This document shows positions 59,726-64,000 of a stretch of 64,000 bases of DNA, piece by piece. The position numbers and the translations under genes are program-made. Under the pieces are notes generated by a model that saw only the letters and a list, made by a program, of their open reading frames with translations, was not told the origin of the DNA and did not search any database. Within the stretch, counting starts at the first letter, position 1, and every line of letters begins with the position of its first letter. The stretch is from Nemertoderma westbladi (taxonomy: Eukaryota; Animalia; Xenacoelomorpha). The stretch covers positions 60,151 through 124,150 of the forward strand of contig JAUCBJ010008198.1 of NCBI GenBank assembly GCA_032718475.1, written 5' to 3'.

Positions 59726-60939
59726 ATTTTAAATGTTAAATGATTAAATGTTAAATGGTTTTCTAATGGGGGGTGAGTGAGAGGAGGGATGCCTAATCCT
59801 AGATACGTCACTGCTCGACAAAGCAATTAGAAACATTCAAGGTCATTCGCAAGATATGTAAGTAAAAGTTCCCTTCATACGGAGCATAATAAGCAACTTA
59901 TACAATTTAGTTATATCGAAAAGCGCTATAATTGTAACTTACAAGGTTATCAATTCCATAACTCTGGTAAAATGGAAAACCTTAAAATGAAACAATTTTA
60001 TGGTTTTTTTTTCAAAATAGTCGAATAACGCAAAATTTCGGTTTTAAATATTTTTTTTAACGTTGTGACACTGATCGGAATATAAATTAATCTTACGGTT
60101 TTTTCATGGGTTATTGCAATAAAGCAATTCAGTCGAATCGTTAATAATGAGACATGTCTAGATTGGCTACTGGTTCTGCTACCGTTAAATACATATTTAC
60201 GAGAACCTCCCTCGCTGTGCTCGCACCATGAATGGATATACTCGGAGCTATCTACTATAAGGCCGAATATAGCTCTCTTTTCACACGTCTTCCATTATTT
60301 TCACACGTGATCCTTAAGTTTACATTAGCAAGTGAATAAGTGACTTTGCAGAGTACAGTACACAACATATAGGCCAAAACGCCATACTTCACAAAATTAC
60401 ATACCATTCACACGTTAACTGTTGTTAAGCAAATAACAAATTATATTGAAAACATATTATGTGGGTGGATTATGTACAACAAGCAAGAGTAGTAGAAGAG
60501 TACCTATTAGAATAAATGGATTTCTTGTAGCCGTGCGGTGTGAAATACAGTTTCAAAGTTTATTAGATACTAACAAATTAATATCGATATAATATTATGG
60601 TTGCCTAGAAACTGAATTGCAAACATTATTTATAGGCAAAGTCAAAGCCAGAAACGCACGCGAACGCAGATTTCCCTTCAAATATTGCCTATAACCGTTT
60701 AACTTATGCGCTTGACCGATAGCAGGCCGTTTAGAAATAACCACTTGGTTTATCGGTAGAACCGATAAGCCTTGGTCGGTGGAACCGATAAGCCTCGTTA
60801 CAAGGTGCGTTTAGTTTATACGCTGAGACCGTTCAAGCAGGGACACCGATCAGTTGTTAACAGACCAGTACCCTACATAATACTCAATGCAAACATAGAC
60901 ATCACATTTTTTTTGAAATAGGAAAACATGAAATTTCCA

Positions 60940-62531
60940 AGTCGATCCTGATGTAGTCGAGCCGAGTAGAACTGATCGAGCCAGGTGAAACCGATCGCTC
61001 CGAGTCAGGTCGGATCGAGCCCAGTTGAACCGATCGAGCCGAGTTGAACCGATCGAGCCGAGTCAAATTGGTTCGAGTCGAGCCGACTCGAACCAATTGA
61101 GCCAGATCGCACCTATCAAGCCAAGTCAAACCTACCGAGCCGGATCGAGCCGAGTCATGTCGGATCGAGCTAAGACGAACCGATCGAGCCAAATCGAACC
61201 GATCGAGCCAAGTCGAACCGATCGAGCCGAGTCAAATTGGTTCGAGTCGAGTCGACTCGAACCAATTGAGCCAGTACGCACCTATCAAGCCAAGTCAAAC
61301 CTACCGAGCCGGATCGAGCCGAGTCATGTCGGATCGAGCTAAGACGAACCGATCGAGCCAAATCGAACCGATCGAGCCAAGTCGAACCGATCGAGCCGAG
61401 TCAAATTGGTTCGAGTCGAGTCGACTCGAACCAATTGAGCCAGTACGCACCTATCAAGCCAAGTCAAACCTATTGAGCCGGATCGAGCCAAGTCATGTCG
61501 GATCGAGCTAAGATGAACCGATCGAGCCAAGTCAAACCGATCGAGCCGGGCCAAACCGATCGAGCTGAGTCATGTCAGATCGAGCCAAATCGGACCGATC
61601 GAGCCAAGTCGAAACGATCGAGCCGCGTCAAATTGGTTTGAGTCGAGCCGACTCGAACCAATCGAGCCAGTTCGAACTAATCGAGCCGAGTCGAACCGAT
61701 CGAGCCAAGTCGAAACGATCGAGCCGAGTCAAATTGGTTTGAGTCGAGCCGACTCGAACCAATCGAGCCGGTTCGAACTAATTGAGCCGAGTCGAACCAA
61801 TCGAGCCGAGTCGAACCAATCGAGCCAAGTGGAACCAATCGAGCCGAGTCGAACCAATCAAGCCAAGTCGAACCGATTGAGCTGAGTCAAACCAGTGGAG
61901 TCGAGCCGAGTCGAACCAATCGAAACAGTTTTAATCTATCGAGCCGAGTCAAACCGATCGAGCCAAATCGAGCTGAGCCTAGTCGAACCAATCGAGCCTG
62001 TCGAACCAATCGAGCAGATTTGAACCAATCGAGCCGAGTCGAACCAATCAAGCCAAGTCGAACCGATTGAGCTGAGTCAAACCAATGGAGTCGAGCCGAG
62101 TCGAACCAATCGAAACAGATTGAATCTATTGAGCCGAGTCAAACCTATCGAGACGGATCGAGCCGAGCCTAGTCGAACCAATCGAGCCTGTCGAACCAAT
62201 CGAGCTGAGTCGAACTAATCGAGCCGAGTCGAACCAATCGAGCCAAGTCGAACCAATCGAGCCAAGTCGAACCAATCGAGCCAAGTGGAACCAATCGAGC
62301 CGAGTCGAACCAATGGAGTCGAGCCGAGTCGAACCAATGGAGTCGAGCCGAGTCGAACCAATCGAGCCAAGTCGAACCAATCGAGCCGAGTCGAACCAAT
62401 CGAGCCAAGTGGAACCAATCGAGCCGAGTCGAACCAATCAAGCCAAGTCGAACCGATTGAGCTGAGTCAAACGAGTGGAGTCGAGCCGAGTCGAACCAAT
62501 CTAAACAGATTTAATCTATCGAGCCGAGTCA
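60940..62531. repeat. Degenerate ~19-bp satellite with higher-order repeats
   Basis: TCGAGCCGAGTCGAACCAA-type units; ~169-bp higher-order copies at 61025-61550. Confidence 0.9.
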
Positions 62532-62925
62532 AAAAATAAAATAAAATAAAATAAAATAAAATAAAATAAAATAAAATAAAATAAAATAAAATAAAATAAA
62601 ATAAAATAAAATAAAATAAAATAAAATAAAATAAAATAAAATAAAATAAAATAAAATAAAATAAAATAAAATAAAATAAAATAAAATAAAATAAAATAAA
62701 ATAAAATAAAATAAAATAAAATAAAATAAAATAAAATAAAATAAAATAAAATAAAATAAAATAAAATAAAATAAAATAAAATAAAATAAAATAAAATAAA
62801 ATAAAATAAAATAAAATAAAATAAAATAAAATAAAATAAAATAAAATAAAATAAAATAAAATAAAATAAAATAAAATAAAATAAAATAAAATAAAATAAA
62901 ATAAAATAAAATAAAATAAAATAAA
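62532..62925. repeat. (AAAAT)n microsatellite, ~78 copies
   Basis: Uninterrupted pentanucleotide run; it explains the FILFY ORFs. Confidence 0.98.
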
Positions 62926-62960
62926 CGGGGTGTCGATTCGGCCCCCCGCTGTATTTTTGT

Positions 62961-63531
62961 AATCATGCAATAAAATCCTACAAAATTTGGGCTGTAGGTG
63001 AAAAAATTATCGAAGAACATTTTCAAATCCAAAAAAAAAGAAAATTTCATAAGAATTTATAAGTATTAATATTCATAAGTATAATAATTTTCATGAAAAA
63101 TAGAAGTAGTCCTAGTACAAAATATACATTTTTTTGATATGTACCTGCCCATTTTTTTGCGAGAATTAGTCAAACTTAATGGCGCATCTATTCAAAAAAC
63201 GGCGTTGCAATTAGATTTCTACTTTTAAATGTGGGTTGTAACCCACATTCAAAATTTGGTCCCCATTTTTTTGAAATTTTCGAATTTTACAATTGGTCAT
63301 TTGTGAGTTCGTAATTATTTTTGTTGGGGCTTTTTTTTATAGATTCTGATTCGTATGGAGCATAAAATTTGGAAGTGCCACGCCCACTTCATAGGGTGCT
63401 GGGACTACTTCTATATTTTCAAGAAAATTATTACACCCCCTTATGAAATTTTCATTTTTTTGGATTTGAAAATGTTCTTCGATAATTTTTTCACCTACAG
63501 CCCAAATTTCATAGGATTTCATTGCATGATT
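62961..63531. mobile_element. Foldback/MITE-like element with ~90-bp inverted arms
   Basis: AATCATGCAAT..GGGCTGTAGGTGAAAAAATTATCGAAGAACATTTTCAAATCC..TTTCATAAG (62961-63053) is inverted at ~63440-63531. Confidence 0.75.
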
Positions 63532-63533
63532 AA

Positions 63534-64000
63534 TTCCTTAAGAAAGTCATAGTTACTCCCGCGGTTTACCCGCGCTTCAATGAATTTCTACGCAAATGTG
63601 ATAGGAGGTAGCCCCTAACTTCTATAGGTAACTTATATACGTTTTAACTGATCGACATTATAACTTAACATTTATATAACATACATAGACATATCAAAAA
63701 AAAACTGATGTTTTTTTTTTTTTTTTTTTTTTTTTTTGCGGATTTTAACTTCACCATAACTTCCTTAAGAGAGTCCCATAACTTCCTTAAGAAAGTCATA
63801 GTTACTCCCGCGGTTTACCCGCGCTTCAATGAATTTCTACGCAAATGTGATAGGAGGTAGCCCCTAACTTCTATAGGTAACTTATATACGTCTTAACTGA
63901 TCGACATTATAACTTAACATTTATATAACATACATAGACATATCAAAAAAAAACTGATGTTTTTTTTTTTTTTTTTTTTTTTTTTTGCGGATTTTAACTT
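63534..64000. repeat. ~249-bp tandem repeat (2 copies visible, runs off the window)
   Basis: TTCCTTAAGAAAGTCATAGTTACTCCCGCGG.. starts at 63534 and again at 63783. Confidence 0.9.

Noticed and set aside
60902-63050. Short ORFs and FILFY-repeat membrane-like ORFs
   Set aside because: Satellite and (AAAAT)n translations.
1-64000. Taxonomic assignment of the host
   Set aside because: Genes and repeats point to an invertebrate animal, but nothing visible fixes the phylum without a database search.

Overview
Repeat-rich eukaryotic DNA, most likely from an invertebrate animal: it has spliceosomal introns, CR1/L2-type LINEs, a tRNA-derived SINE, MITEs and several satellites. The two most striking structures are nested. 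(1) A ~17-kb element (4994-21965) with terminal inverted repeats (TIRs) and a 6-bp target-site duplication (TSD) is built from a 23-bp palindromic satellite and carries an intronless cytochrome b5 gene. (2) Inside that satellite sits an apparently intact 8.5-kb LINE whose 1569-aa ORF1 combines a SAP-like motif, ~44 decapeptide repeats, SIM-like motifs, a Ulp1/SENP-type (C48) cysteine protease domain, a coiled coil and an RRM. Other genes: an intronless EFR3, two spliced UTP14 exons that the ORF track does not report as such, two Xi-class glutathionyl-hydroquinone reductase paralogues with mosaic identity (one split by an insertion), and an orphan repeat-rich ORF. Also present: an internally deleted pogo-like transposon, a decayed CR1 element, triple-nested MITEs and a 132-bp palindrome. 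Most long ORFs in the track are translations of satellites. All family assignments come from recognising motifs by eye; no database searches were run.
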